Source: Candidatus Obscuribacteraceae bacterium | GTDB lineage: Bacteria > Cyanobacteriota > Vampirovibrionia > Obscuribacterales > Obscuribacteraceae | Assembly: GCA_044226015.1 (NCBI GenBank) | Contig: JBGAHS010000002.1 | Location: 352,001-416,000, forward strand | DNA length: 64,000 nucleotides | Direction of reading: 5' to 3' | In this document: piece after piece, positions 38,203 through 48,715 of the stretch | How the letters are laid out: each line of letters starts with the position of its first letter | How positions within the stretch are numbered: position 1 is the first letter of the stretch | Position numbers and translations under genes: made by a program | Notes under the pieces: model-generated | The model's database searches: none | What the model saw: only the letters and a program-made list of their open reading frames with translations | What the model was told of the DNA's origin: nothing

Positions 38203-40281
38203 ATGAACATGAGCAACCCTGTATCCAATACCAGAAACATCGCTTTTATCGGTGTTCACCACAGCGGCAAGACTAGCCTTGTGGAATCAATTCTCTATTT
38301 AACTGGCACAATTAGTCGTCGCGGTAAAACGCTTGATGGCACTAGCACAGGAGACCATACACCGGAGTCAATTGCACGCCAGATGTCCACTTCGGTATCA
38401 GCCGTTAACACAAAATATCGCGATTTTCAATTCAACATGCTCGATTGTCCAGGCTTCGTCGATTTCAAGGAAGAAGTGAAACTGGCACTAATGGGTGTTG
38501 ACACAGCTGTATTCGTCATTGAGCCCGACCCGTCTAGAGTCGTTCAAATAGAACCTCTGCTGAGGTACACAGAGAGTATTGGCATTGCATCAATGGTGTT
38601 TGTAAATAAGGTAGACAAGCAAGACAACGCTTTCAAAGAAACACTAGATGCAATGCTTGCAATGCCGCGACATGGACATGGAAGACTGGTACCGATTCAC
38701 TTCCCAATAAAAACAGACACGGTTTTTGGGTACGCTGACATTTTAAAAGTAGAAGCGTTCAAATACGGTGAATGCGGCAAACCAGAAAAAATGGAAATTC
38801 CATCTGACTTAAAGACAAACATTTCAAATGCTCATGAGCTCTTGCTCGAGTGCCTTGCCGATGTAGATGACACAGTTCTAGAAATGGTTGTAGAGGGCAA
38901 AGAGCCTCCGCTCAACGTCATGGAAGATGACCTCAGAAGCGCGGTTCAAAAGGGAAATCTAGTACCAATTCTTGTAGGCTCCGCTCACACTGATGCTGGC
39001 GTACTTTGTTTGCTTGATGCAATCATTGCACTGTGCCCTTCTCCGCTTTGTCACAAGTTCAAAGACCGCGAGGGCAAATTGCTGGAACTAAAAGAAGACG
39101 GACCAGTTATTGCGCAAGTCATCAAAACCTATATCCACCCGCAGTTCGGCAAATTGTCTCTAAGCAGAATATTTAGTGGAACGTTAGTATCGAACGCGAA
39201 ACTGCACAACACTTCAATCGAAGGAAGCGGGGAAGAACGCATTGGTGGACTCTACCAATTGCAAGGAAAGAAACAAGAAGCGGTTCAATCGGCGGGACCA
39301 GGCTCGATTGTAGCAATCGCAAGGCTTGAGAAGGTGCGCACCGGTGACACGCTAACAAGCGACCATTGCCCCATCGTCTTGAATACACCACCAGTAGCAC
39401 CACCTCTTTACGTTCTTGCTATTGCACCAAAGAGCCATGCCGATGAGGCAAAAGTAATGGCTCTTGTTTCGAAATTGCTTGAAGAAGACCCTAGCTTGAC
39501 TTTGGATTGGGATGCTGATTTGCATGAACATCGACTGGGGGGTCAGGGTGAAGTTCTGCTGTCGGTATCGTTACAGCGCCTGGAACGCCAGTACCATCTA
39601 CAGGTGAGCGCTGACAAACCAAAGGTCGCTTATCGAGAAGCGATTCAAAGCGCAGTAGAAGCTCATGGACGCCACAAAAAACAAACAGGTGGACACGGCC
39701 AGTTCGGCGAAGTCTATTTGAAAATCGAACCAGCTGAGAATGGCAGCGGCAATCAGTTTAGCGAATCGATCGTCGGCGGAGCAATTCCACATCAGTACAT
39801 CCCTGGCGTAGAAAAAGGCGCCATGGAGGCACTACAGAGAGGTCCTCTTGCTGGCTTCCCCATGGTTGATGTTGCTGTTAACTTGTACGATGGCTCTTTC
39901 CATGATGTTGATTCTGATGAAATGTCCTTCCGAACAGCAGCAATTCACGCCATTCGCGAGGCCTTGCCTAAAGCAAATCCACGCATTCTGGAACCAATTG
40001 CTTCAGTAACTATAGTTACTCCAAGCCAATATCTATCGGGCGTTTTATCGCAGATAACAGGACGCCGTGGACAGATTCTGGGTTACTCTGCTCGTGAAAA
40101 TGAGCCAGGATGGGACGAAGTAACCGCATTTGTTCCAGAAGCTGAACTCTGGGATTACATCATTGAACTGCGAACCCTGACTCATGGACTCGGCTTCTAT
40201 CACTGGGAGCATGCACATCTAGCTCCGGTTCCATCTGCAATAGCAGAGAAACTGCAACACCAGGAGACGGCAAAAGCCTAG
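38203..40281 (+). CDS. Elongation factor G paralog (EF-G2/FusA2-like)
   Basis: GKTSL, DCPGF, NKVD, LLEEDPSL, HKKQTGGHGQFG, DGSFHDVDS and ILEPI. G-domain motifs are non-canonical. Confidence 0.9.
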   Translation: MNMSNPVSNTRNIAFIGVHHSGKTSLVESILYLTGTISRRGKTLDGTSTGDHTPESIARQMSTSVSAVNTKYRDFQFNMLDCPGFVDFKEEVKLALMGVDTAVFVIEPDPSRVVQIEPLLRYTESIGIASMVFVNKVDKQDNAFKETLDAMLAMPRHGHGRLVPIHFPIKTDTVFGYADILKVEAFKYGECGKPEKMEIPSDLKTNISNAHELLLECLADVDDTVLEMVVEGKEPPLNVMEDDLRSAVQKGNLVPILVGSAHTDAGVLCLLDAIIALCPSPLCHKFKDREGKLLELKEDGPVIAQVIKTYIHPQFGKLSLSRIFSGTLVSNAKLHNTSIEGSGEERIGGLYQLQGKKQEAVQSAGPGSIVAIARLEKVRTGDTLTSDHCPIVLNTPPVAPPLYVLAIAPKSHADEAKVMALVSKLLEEDPSLTLDWDADLHEHRLGGQGEVLLSVSLQRLERQYHLQVSADKPKVAYREAIQSAVEAHGRHKKQTGGHGQFGEVYLKIEPAENGSGNQFSESIVGGAIPHQYIPGVEKGAMEALQRGPLAGFPMVDVAVNLYDGSFHDVDSDEMSFRTAAIHAIREALPKANPRILEPIASVTIVTPSQYLSGVLSQITGRRGQILGYSARENEPGWDEVTAFVPEAELWDYIIELRTLTHGLGFYHWEHAHLAPVPSAIAEKLQHQETAKA

Positions 40282-40335
40282 TGATGTATGTGATGGTTGT
40301 GCTTATCAACTTTCGATAGCATGCAAGAATAAACG

Positions 40336-40365
40336 AAAAGAGGGCGGCTCAACTGCCCTCTTTTT
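40336..40365. terminator. Bidirectional intrinsic terminator
   Basis: aaaagagggcgg-ctcaa-ctgccctcttttt between convergent genes. Confidence 0.8.
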
Positions 40366-40433
40366 GACTTCGTAACTTGACTAACTTAGAATCGCTTTGA
40401 ACAGTTTTGCCGGTAGACCAGTGAGTTCGTGGA

Positions 40434-42413
40434 TTATTTGCCGCCAAAAACCGTTTTGTAAAGCAAGAACAGCGTGTTGACATCGCGATCCGAAGGTTCA
40501 GTCACACTGTTCTTTTGAAAGTACATTATATCTCCGGCATTTTGACTGTGCCCCATGAGACCGAGAGCATGCCCGATTTCATGCAAAGCTGGAGCCCTCA
40601 TTCCACCTGCGCTCCACGGCTTATTATCTAAGTCGACATAAACGAATGTGATTTTCGCACTGGTTATATCTCCAGGATTTTTCAGCGTGCGCTTGCCACT
40701 ACCAGTAGTACTATAATTCACACTCGCCTCGCCCGACTCCGTTGGGTTATGCAGGTCCTTTCGGCTTGATGCCCAGCCAATTACAATGTCTGCGCCAGAC
40801 GCTGACGATACGAACTGAAACGCTATTCTATTTTGAGACAATTTCGTCCAAGTATCAAAGCCTTCACGTATGTCCGTCTCCATATCTTTCGTGTAACTAA
40901 CAGGAGCCGGAGGCAGAAAAACTTTAATGGGGAAACGCTTCCATGCGCATGGACCAAGCGGAGTGTCAACCGAAGGCACGTAATTCCCTGCAGCAGGGTT
41001 AGGCGGCTCAAAAGCACCACCAGATACAGTGGCAGCAACATGTCCTTCACCTGACCCAGCCGTTGTTGCACTCACACTAGAAGCAGCAGAAGGACCCGAA
41101 GATGGTAATATCGGAATCAGTGTCATAGTAGGCATTCCAGGTGCAAGCCCAGCAGACGCGAGTTCTGGGATCGCTTGAGTCGGAGTTGGCACGTTAGCTT
41201 GCAGCTTTTCAATTGTCTGCCCAGGAGAAGTTGCGACCGCTGCAGGTATTGAAGCATCTGAATTGGGTGTCACTTGTTGACTTACACTGCCAGCGGCGTT
41301 CGATGAAGTATCTGCCGATTTGTTTGAAGCAGTTCCCGAACCAGTTGAAGGAAGAATCGGAATCAAAGTCATAGTAGGAACTGCACCAGGTGAGGAATTC
41401 ACTCTCGCGGACTGTGCGGAATTCGTAACCGGCTCGGGCGAGGGTTGCGGCAAAGCCGCTGGAGTATTCACATCGTCTCCTGCAAAGGGATCACTTTCCA
41501 CGGCACTGGCACCCGATGAAGAAGTTGCTTTCGGGGCGCTGTCCCAGGGAGACGACTTTAGGGGGACTGTACTTGCAGCTGCGACCGCCTTTGCTGCCGT
41601 TGAATTTAAGCCTGTCTCTTTGGATGTAAGATTCTCGGTGTTGGTTGAGACCGCATTTTCGGCGCTCGGCGCAATCGATGTAGGTATGCTGGCTGATTTC
41701 AGAGATTCTGCAGGAGCGGACCCCGTCAAAGCTGGAGTGCTTGCAGATGGAGAAGGATTACCCGTCAATGGTGTAGCGCTTGGAGGAGAAGAAGAAGCAG
41801 CAGCAGCTGTTGTTGATTCATTCGGAGTAAAAACACTCTCGGCTGGAACGCTACTAAAAGGAGAATCACTTAACCCTGAAGCTGCAGGACTCTGCGAGGG
41901 AGCGGCAGAAGCGAGTGACGAGGATGTAGAACTCTGCGACGAAACGGCAGAAGCGAGTGACGAGGATGTAGAACTCTGCGACGAAACGGCAGAACTTGTT
42001 GGCGAAAGTGTAGAACCCTGCGACGAAGATGGAGTATTAAGAGACGCCCCCTTTCGCTCCGCAACCTTTCCACTAGAAGGCTCTTCGACTGCGTCAGTGC
42101 TTCCGGAGTCCCCGCCAGCCCGAATAATCTGGGACTGCTTCACGCCTTTCATATCCCAATAAGAAATTTTCAAAATGCCACCGGCTGGAACAACCTTGCT
42201 GACCAGCTTGTCCGTTTCCGGGTCATGATATAAAACTTGCACAGCTCCGTTGTTGCGGGAGATCACAGTAACAAACTGATTGCACTGACTTCTGTCTTCC
42301 TTTTCTCCAGGGTCGAGCCAGAGTTTTCCGCCTTTAATCTGGGCAGCATCAGCAAGCGGAAGCGAAGTGGCTAGAAGCAGCAAAACAGTGATGCAGCGAC
42401 AAAGCTTTTGCAC
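40434..42413 (-). CDS. Secreted matrixin-like (metzincin) metalloprotease with long S/T/P/A-rich linker
   Basis: Signal peptide, HEIGHALGLMGHS zinc motif and DIMY Met-turn. About 380-aa low-complexity linker with in-frame 42-bp repeats. Confidence 0.88.
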   Translation of the reverse strand: MQKLCRCITVLLLLATSLPLADAAQIKGGKLWLDPGEKEDRSQCNQFVTVISRNNGAVQVLYHDPETDKLVSKVVPAGGILKISYWDMKGVKQSQIIRAGGDSGSTDAVEEPSSGKVAERKGASLNTPSSSQGSTLSPTSSAVSSQSSTSSSLASAVSSQSSTSSSLASAAPSQSPAASGLSDSPFSSVPAESVFTPNESTTAAAASSSPPSATPLTGNPSPSASTPALTGSAPAESLKSASIPTSIAPSAENAVSTNTENLTSKETGLNSTAAKAVAAASTVPLKSSPWDSAPKATSSSGASAVESDPFAGDDVNTPAALPQPSPEPVTNSAQSARVNSSPGAVPTMTLIPILPSTGSGTASNKSADTSSNAAGSVSQQVTPNSDASIPAAVATSPGQTIEKLQANVPTPTQAIPELASAGLAPGMPTMTLIPILPSSGPSAASSVSATTAGSGEGHVAATVSGGAFEPPNPAAGNYVPSVDTPLGPCAWKRFPIKVFLPPAPVSYTKDMETDIREGFDTWTKLSQNRIAFQFVSSASGADIVIGWASSRKDLHNPTESGEASVNYSTTGSGKRTLKNPGDITSAKITFVYVDLDNKPWSAGGMRAPALHEIGHALGLMGHSQNAGDIMYFQKNSVTEPSDRDVNTLFLLYKTVFGGK

Positions 42414-42671
42414 AATTCATCCTCTCGAAGGCTTAGTCCAGAATAGCAAAATACTGAAAGATGAGCCAGTAAGTCAAATCGTTGATTCTGACGACATAAG
42501 CATGTTATTCGCGTTCGCTGCTAGAAGAATGACTCAATAACGTCCCACGGCATTCCGTCCTCACCTATTTTCCCAGCAAAACATCTCAATTTAGAGTTTG
42601 CATTTTCAAAATGTCAACGAATCCCTGGCTCAACACTTATCAAGGAACTGTCGGGCTCTATCTGAAGCTGA

Positions 42672-43409
42672 TCAAACCTGGCGACTCCATGGAAGAGCAA
42701 ACAAAGGTGTAGCAGGCAAGACGAGATTAGACGACTCCGGTTGCTCAGCTCTGTCCCGATCATCTCTCACGCAGTGGATGGTTCCAGGAACAACTTTGTG
42801 TATAACACCAGATGCGATACTATCGCAATAGAAGAGCCAGTCTTCATGACCAAAGCCAGCATCTTGTTCTACCTCACGAAACGGTACTTTTTGATAAACA
42901 GTTCGTTTAGAAAAGGAAAGTGAACTCCAGGGATTAGATTCGAATAAAAGGTATTTCGAGAAATGCTTATCTTCTTGATCAATCAATCTTCTTAAAGCAA
43001 GACCTTTTTCAAACGTAAGAACATATGATGGATGCAGAATCAACTCCCGGCAATCTTGAAGCATAAACTTATGGCACTCCAAAAGCCAGTTCGGTAGAAT
43101 CAAATCACTAGCGTAAGTCAACGTAACAAATTCACTCTGCGACAACGAAACGGCATGGTTGCAAGCCGAACTCTTTCCCAGGTGACTGCCAACAAGATTC
43201 TCAACCCTGACGTTTGATGGAAGGAACTCATTACAAAACTCGATTGTTTCATCGTCAGGATTTTCTAGAACAAGCAAAATCTCAGTTCTAATGCCATAGG
43301 AACCAGCCCGCTCAACAGCCGCAATCGCGCTTCGAATGCAAGGGTGCATTTTAGGACCATTACGGGAAGCTATAATGGCCAGGGTGATATCGAAACTACA
43401 AGCAGCCAT
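42672..43409 (-). CDS. Glycosyltransferase family 2-like protein
   Basis: GT-A N-terminus, GKSSACN, YASD in place of DxD, and GFGHEDW. Start placed at the ATG after ggaggag. Confidence 0.7.
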   Translation of the reverse strand: MAACSFDITLAIIASRNGPKMHPCIRSAIAAVERAGSYGIRTEILLVLENPDDETIEFCNEFLPSNVRVENLVGSHLGKSSACNHAVSLSQSEFVTLTYASDLILPNWLLECHKFMLQDCRELILHPSYVLTFEKGLALRRLIDQEDKHFSKYLLFESNPWSSLSFSKRTVYQKVPFREVEQDAGFGHEDWLFYCDSIASGVIHKVVPGTIHCVRDDRDRAEQPESSNLVLPATPLFALPWSRQV

Positions 43410-43410
43410 C

Positions 43411-45351
43411 TTACTCCTCCCAAAAACCTTCAATTGCTTTCATCTGTTGAGTGAAAGATGACCACGAATGCTGACTTCTTAGAAGCGCCTGTGCGCGCAG
43501 AACGCGATTGATTGCCTCCTCCGGTGAGTCGAGGATTGCTTTAATCGCAGCCACATAAGCATCGACGTCATCGAACTTATCGATAAGATATCCGGTATCT
43601 TCTCCTACGAATTCGGCAACACCACCAATCAGCGGTGCTATAACTGGATAGCCTTCCATAGTCGCTTCTAACATCACTATTGGAAGACCATCGCTTTCAG
43701 AGGTATAAAGAAAAATTCCAGTGTCTCCTTTGGGAATTCCTGAAAAGCTTTCATAAAGCCCATGCAAAACGATATTCGCTTGCGCTTCAAGTTTTGGAAG
43801 CCAGGAATCGTGCAAATGCTCATGCGCCTGACCCCAAACGTGAAAAGTAAGGTCAGGCAATTCATTTGCGATTGCTAGCAGAATATCCGGTCTTTTGGAT
43901 AGGCAGAGCCTACTTGCCCAAAGTATGTTCGAATTTTGGGCGCAGAGCCTGGGCTTGCAAATTTTCTCCATGTCACGTTGATCGGAAGATACCGGCGTGT
44001 AAAGGACAGATTGCTTTGCGCGACTTCGGGCTGAAAAACCGAACTGTGAAGCCAAATACTTACGAAAATTATTCGTATCTGAAAACAAATAGCTCAAATT
44101 GTCCAAACAATACGCTAGCGAATCAACAACATAGCCAGCTGGAATCTCATCTGAATCAAGGCCGAAAGCAAACAACGAAGTCGAAAGCTTTGTCATTGAT
44201 TTCAGTTGCTTGCCATGACGTTTATATAGACTCCAGGCCACATCAGAATTGAAATTTAGAGTGACGTTTGGTCGGCTTTGCAATATAAGCCGAAGGATAA
44301 TCTGCTCTTTGTCCGCGAAAGTGAGACCGTCTAGCAACTCATCAAGCACCAGGAGGCGAATTCCAGTGGGCTTCCATTCCAGAGCTGTCAGGTCTTTCGT
44401 ATCAGTAATCACCACCAATGGTGCCATATCGCCGAGCTGTTCTTTCACGCATTTGGCCATGTTCATAGCAACCTTTTCCGCACCACCATGAATTAAGAAA
44501 GGCATCAGAAATAAATGACTGAAAGGCTCTTGTAGTGATTCAATCAGCTTGAAATATGCGCGAGCAGCTCTTGTGTTTACCGTGACCGGACGAGAAAGTG
44601 CATCGAGTCGCTCGGTTGCAGGCAAAAGAGGTTCAATTTTTCGGGTATCTATGTAATCTGCCAATAAAGCCTTTTTATCGAACAAAGGTTCTGGCGAAGA
44701 AAGCAGGGGTTCTTCTTCAGAAAAGGCAGGACAGGAAGCACGTCCCTCCCTTTCTCCGTGCAAGACAAAATGTACTAACGGGTTGAAGTTACTTGCAGCA
44801 ATGTCGGGATAACGATCAAAATAGAACTTGGTATTAAAGCCCGAAGAAGGATTAAGACGCATATTTGCACCGAATTCCAAATAATGAGTGAGCGGATTAA
44901 TTCCTTTCAAAGAATCGCTAAGCTGCGAAGAGTAAAAAGCGGTATCAAAAAACCTACTCGGGTTCAAGAACCGCTCTGCACCAAAAGCAATGAAATGACC
45001 AAGCGGTGTCAACGAATCATCATAATCGTCACCAAGCTGATTTAGATAATAAGTCGCGTCAAACAGCGGGTGCGGGCTGCAAGACAATTTCTTCTTGCGC
45101 AGAATATAATCAATAACAGGATTAAGCTGGTCAGTTGAAGATTCCATCTGCGGAAGATAGAACGCACAATCAAAGAGTGGATGAGGATTTAACCGATGCC
45201 GCCAATAAAACGTTAAGAAATGCACGATGGGATCAATGCCAGCCAGATCAAATCCAAGCATTCCACTATTTCTTACGTAAAAGTCAAAATCGAAAAGCTT
45301 GCTTTCCGATATCAGGCGGGCTTGCTGAGCTAATTTCGAACCGGCAAACAT
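43411..45351 (-). CDS. GT4 glycosyltransferase with N-terminal 'PHPLFDxxFY / PLxHF' repeats
   Basis: HGGAEKV, SRLCLSKRPD and DGLPIVMLEA, plus four N-terminal repeats. Confidence 0.85.
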   Translation of the reverse strand: MFAGSKLAQQARLISESKLFDFDFYVRNSGMLGFDLAGIDPIVHFLTFYWRHRLNPHPLFDCAFYLPQMESSTDQLNPVIDYILRKKKLSCSPHPLFDATYYLNQLGDDYDDSLTPLGHFIAFGAERFLNPSRFFDTAFYSSQLSDSLKGINPLTHYLEFGANMRLNPSSGFNTKFYFDRYPDIAASNFNPLVHFVLHGEREGRASCPAFSEEEPLLSSPEPLFDKKALLADYIDTRKIEPLLPATERLDALSRPVTVNTRAARAYFKLIESLQEPFSHLFLMPFLIHGGAEKVAMNMAKCVKEQLGDMAPLVVITDTKDLTALEWKPTGIRLLVLDELLDGLTFADKEQIILRLILQSRPNVTLNFNSDVAWSLYKRHGKQLKSMTKLSTSLFAFGLDSDEIPAGYVVDSLAYCLDNLSYLFSDTNNFRKYLASQFGFSARSRAKQSVLYTPVSSDQRDMEKICKPRLCAQNSNILWASRLCLSKRPDILLAIANELPDLTFHVWGQAHEHLHDSWLPKLEAQANIVLHGLYESFSGIPKGDTGIFLYTSESDGLPIVMLEATMEGYPVIAPLIGGVAEFVGEDTGYLIDKFDDVDAYVAAIKAILDSPEEAINRVLRAQALLRSQHSWSSFTQQMKAIEGFWEE

Positions 45352-45742
45352 CCTTCAACCCTAAACTCGACTACATCAAACTAGCTATAATCTAAAGATT
45401 CTACCGCTCCATCCACTCCAGAATATTGCAAGAAAACAAGGGGCGTGCTTGCACATGAGTTGATGCGCCTCCAGTTGCGCATCAATACTAACGAATTGGA
45501 AAAGATGTTAGATTCAACCGCCTGCAGGTTAAAAAAATTCGCATTCACTGAGGAATTCACAGAATTTCAAGTGGCCACAGGCTGGTATTGGCACCCAATA
45601 TTTCGAAAGAAGACTCTCAGACGAATTGAAAACAAGATTCTCTCAGAACGAGACCATACGCAAGCCGCTTTATTTTGCAAAATTAGAGATAGAATTGCTC
45701 AATCGATGCGAATCGTTTCTGAGGACACAGGAATCGGCTAAC

Positions 45743-46801
45743 GTGCCAGGCAAAGTTCTTATCACAGGTGGACATGGGTTCATAGGTGCTCACTTAGGAA
45801 GAGCCCTTATTAATGATGGGCATAGGGTTGTCTCGTATGGTCGCTCAAACAATTCAACAACTCTCATTAGAGATGGGAAAGAGAGTTCGACAGCTCATCA
45901 GCAGGTCTTTGCAGAGCTAGACAATTCAAGGCAGCTTGAGAATGCCCTTGTGGACTGCACAACAGTTTTTCATAAGGCGGCCAGCTGTCCTTCCCCATCA
46001 ATACAAAATGACGAAAGTCTATTTCAAGGCAATCTTGTCGGAACAAAGGCTTTGATCGCAACTTTGCGTGCGAACACAACAAACCTCGAACATTTGATTC
46101 TGGACTCATCTATTAGTGTCTATGGCGAAGGCGCTTATACTTGTCTTGCATGCGGAATAATTCGTCCTGATTTACGCAATCAGGAATCGATTCAGCACTC
46201 CACTTCATTCGAACCACGATGTCCAAAATGCAGTTCGCAAATAGAGCCTGCTGACACCTTCGAGACAGCGACTCTTAATGGACTTTCACATTATGCTCGT
46301 TCGAAAGCAGCACAAGAACGCCTTCTTGAAGAAGCCTCAAAGCAGTTAGGCTTTAAGTTGAGCATTCTTCGTTATGCCACCGTTTATGGTGCTCACCAAA
46401 GCGAACGCAGTACATACGGACGATTAATGCGCAGCATAATTAAAGGGGATAAAGTCTATGTTAATGAAGACGGAAATCAAAAGCGTGACTTCATACACAT
46501 CGATGATGTAATAGACGCTAACCTGCGAGTAATGAGCCGCCCCGGCGCAGAGAATGAAACTTTCAACATCGGCAGCGGAAAAGAAACTCCCTTGATCGAT
46601 TTCATCACTACCGCCATCGCACTTACACCAGAAAACGGTCGCAGATCAGCGGTGGAAATCAGAAATACTTTGAGCGAAGGCGACATCAGGCACTGCAAGA
46701 TCAGTTGTGAAAAAGCATCAACGGAGCTTGGTTTCGCTGCAAAAATTCCGTTGAAGCAAGGTTTAGCTCAGACGCTCAATGAGTATGGTTCATCCAAATA
46801 G
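45743..46801 (+). CDS. NAD-dependent epimerase/dehydratase with Cys-rich insert
   Basis: VLITGGHGFIG, SSISVYG, YARSK, LRYATVYG and RDFIHIDDV. CxxC...CxxC insert. GTG start at 45743 preferred. Confidence 0.88.
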   Translation: MPGKVLITGGHGFIGAHLGRALINDGHRVVSYGRSNNSTTLIRDGKESSTAHQQVFAELDNSRQLENALVDCTTVFHKAASCPSPSIQNDESLFQGNLVGTKALIATLRANTTNLEHLILDSSISVYGEGAYTCLACGIIRPDLRNQESIQHSTSFEPRCPKCSSQIEPADTFETATLNGLSHYARSKAAQERLLEEASKQLGFKLSILRYATVYGAHQSERSTYGRLMRSIIKGDKVYVNEDGNQKRDFIHIDDVIDANLRVMSRPGAENETFNIGSGKETPLIDFITTAIALTPENGRRSAVEIRNTLSEGDIRHCKISCEKASTELGFAAKIPLKQGLAQTLNEYGSSK

Positions 46802-46886
46802 TCCCAGAATTTGGCAGCTTTTTATCTGAGGACCGAGTCCCTTCATCACAGAAACCCTAAATCAAATTCAGGACAGGTTTAAGCAT

Positions 46887-47324
46887 CTAACTTGCTCTTG
46901 TAAGAGATTTTGGGGCAGCGCTTTTTGCTGGCACCAAAGATTGCACTCGAGCCGGCACAGCTGAGTATATGGCGTTTCCGCAGGAGGCAGCAGAAAATAA
47001 TGCAGCTCTAGTAATTTTGAGAATGTCGATAACTCGATTAATCACAATCGAATCGTACTGAGTGTGATCATCAATAAGCACACCGTCAACGCCTTCCTGT
47101 TCCGCAAAATGCGCAACTGCCGATTGCAAAGGCACAGTAAGCGGTTCTGACCAATGCACAACTTGAACTTGATTAGAATAGCTTTTCAGCCATTTCTGCA
47201 TTTTTTTCTTGTCTTCTGCACTATAAACAAGTGCAATTAGCTTCAACTTTTTCATTTCAAATACAACCATAAATTCATATCCAATTCTTCGCAATTTTGC
47301 AATTCTCGAAAGACGATCTGCCAT
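46887..47324 (-). CDS. Hypothetical protein coupled to argH
   Basis: ATG overlaps the argH stop (TAATG). 145 aa. Confidence 0.55.
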   Translation of the reverse strand: MADRLSRIAKLRRIGYEFMVVFEMKKLKLIALVYSAEDKKKMQKWLKSYSNQVQVVHWSEPLTVPLQSAVAHFAEQEGVDGVLIDDHTQYDSIVINRVIDILKITRAALFSAASCGNAIYSAVPARVQSLVPAKSAAPKSLTRAS

Positions 47325-48715
47325 TAGCTACAAACATCAGAATTCAATTGCAGCTGGTTCTTGCATTTAGCAAGCGCAGAAATTACACAATCCTTCCCGG
47401 TGCTTCCTGGGGATTGCTTGCTCGACACTGAAAGATGAGGATCAAACAAATCGAACACGTCGTTCTCGAACTTATCGGAAAACTGCTTGAACTCCGACAG
47501 AGACAGATCACTCAGGGCTTTTGAATTTTCCCTGCTGTAGTTTACGAGTTCAGAAACCGCCTCGTGAGCGACTCGGAATGCAACACCAGCTTTCACCAGG
47601 TATTCTGCAATATCCGTAGCCGCAAGAAAGGGATCCATTGCTGCCTTTTCCATCGTGGCTTTCTGAACATTCATTGAATTTATGACTACAACCATAACTT
47701 TCAATGACCCTAGAAGGGTGCTTGCTGCATCAATCACCGTGGGTTTTACTTCCTGGAGGTCTCTGTTGTAGCCGAGGGGAAGTGCCTTCAACGTTATCAA
47801 TGCATTTACTAGATTTCCGATGATCGAACCTGTTTTTCCTCGAACCAATTCAACCGGGTCGGGGTTCTTTTTGTTAGGCATCAAGCTCGAAGCAGTAGTT
47901 ACATTATCGTTAAAACCAACGAAGGAAAACTCTGAACTCGCCCAAATTATCAGTGTTTCGGCAAGCTGCGAAAGATGGGTTGAAGTGATGCATGCTGCAG
48001 AAAGAAACTCAAGTGCGAAGTCACGATCGCTGACCGCATCAAGTGAATTCTTGAATTCTTCGCTGAAACCTAGCAATGAAGAGGTCAAGCTGGGAATCAC
48101 CGGCAAGGCGGTTCCAGCAAGCGCTGCCGCACCTAATGGCGACACAGATACTCTTTTTTTGCAATCATTGAACCGGTCAAAATCTCTGTTCAACATCTCA
48201 ATGAATGCGTGCATTGCATGCGAAAAGAGAACTGGCTGAGCGCGCTGCAAATGTGTGTATCCCGGCATCACAGCATCAATATTCTCTTGAGCGCAATTCA
48301 GCAGAGCTGTTTGAAGTGAAACAATTTGTTTTTTCACCTCAGCTATCTTGCTGGCAGTATAGAGCCTGGTATCGAGAGCGACCTGGTCGTTCCGACTTCT
48401 AGCCGTATGCAGCCTAGCAGCGGCTGAACCAATTTTTGCTTCTAACTGTTTCTCGACGTTCATATGCACGTCTTCATACTCTGCAATTAGTTGCAATTTG
48501 CCAGAAGAATATTCGAGAGCAAGCTCTTTCAATCCCGAAGAAATTGCTTCGAATTCTTCAGTAGTTATCAGTCCTGCTTCACTGAGCATTTCAGCATGCG
48601 CCAGACTGCCTTTGATGTCTGATTGAATCAATTCAATGTCAGCATCAATAGAGTTGACAAACTGCGAGACTGCAGAATCAAGCTCCTGCTTGAACGCTTT
48701 TCTTAATACTTTCAT
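47324..48715 (-). CDS. argH: Argininosuccinate lyase
   Basis: EDVHMNVE, LHTARSRNDQ, MPGYTHLQRAQP and SSLMPNKKNPD. Start placed at MKVLRK, overlapping the end of argG. Confidence 0.95.
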   Translation of the reverse strand: MKVLRKAFKQELDSAVSQFVNSIDADIELIQSDIKGSLAHAEMLSEAGLITTEEFEAISSGLKELALEYSSGKLQLIAEYEDVHMNVEKQLEAKIGSAAARLHTARSRNDQVALDTRLYTASKIAEVKKQIVSLQTALLNCAQENIDAVMPGYTHLQRAQPVLFSHAMHAFIEMLNRDFDRFNDCKKRVSVSPLGAAALAGTALPVIPSLTSSLLGFSEEFKNSLDAVSDRDFALEFLSAACITSTHLSQLAETLIIWASSEFSFVGFNDNVTTASSLMPNKKNPDPVELVRGKTGSIIGNLVNALITLKALPLGYNRDLQEVKPTVIDAASTLLGSLKVMVVVINSMNVQKATMEKAAMDPFLAATDIAEYLVKAGVAFRVAHEAVSELVNYSRENSKALSDLSLSEFKQFSDKFENDVFDLFDPHLSVSSKQSPGSTGKDCVISALAKCKNQLQLNSDVCS

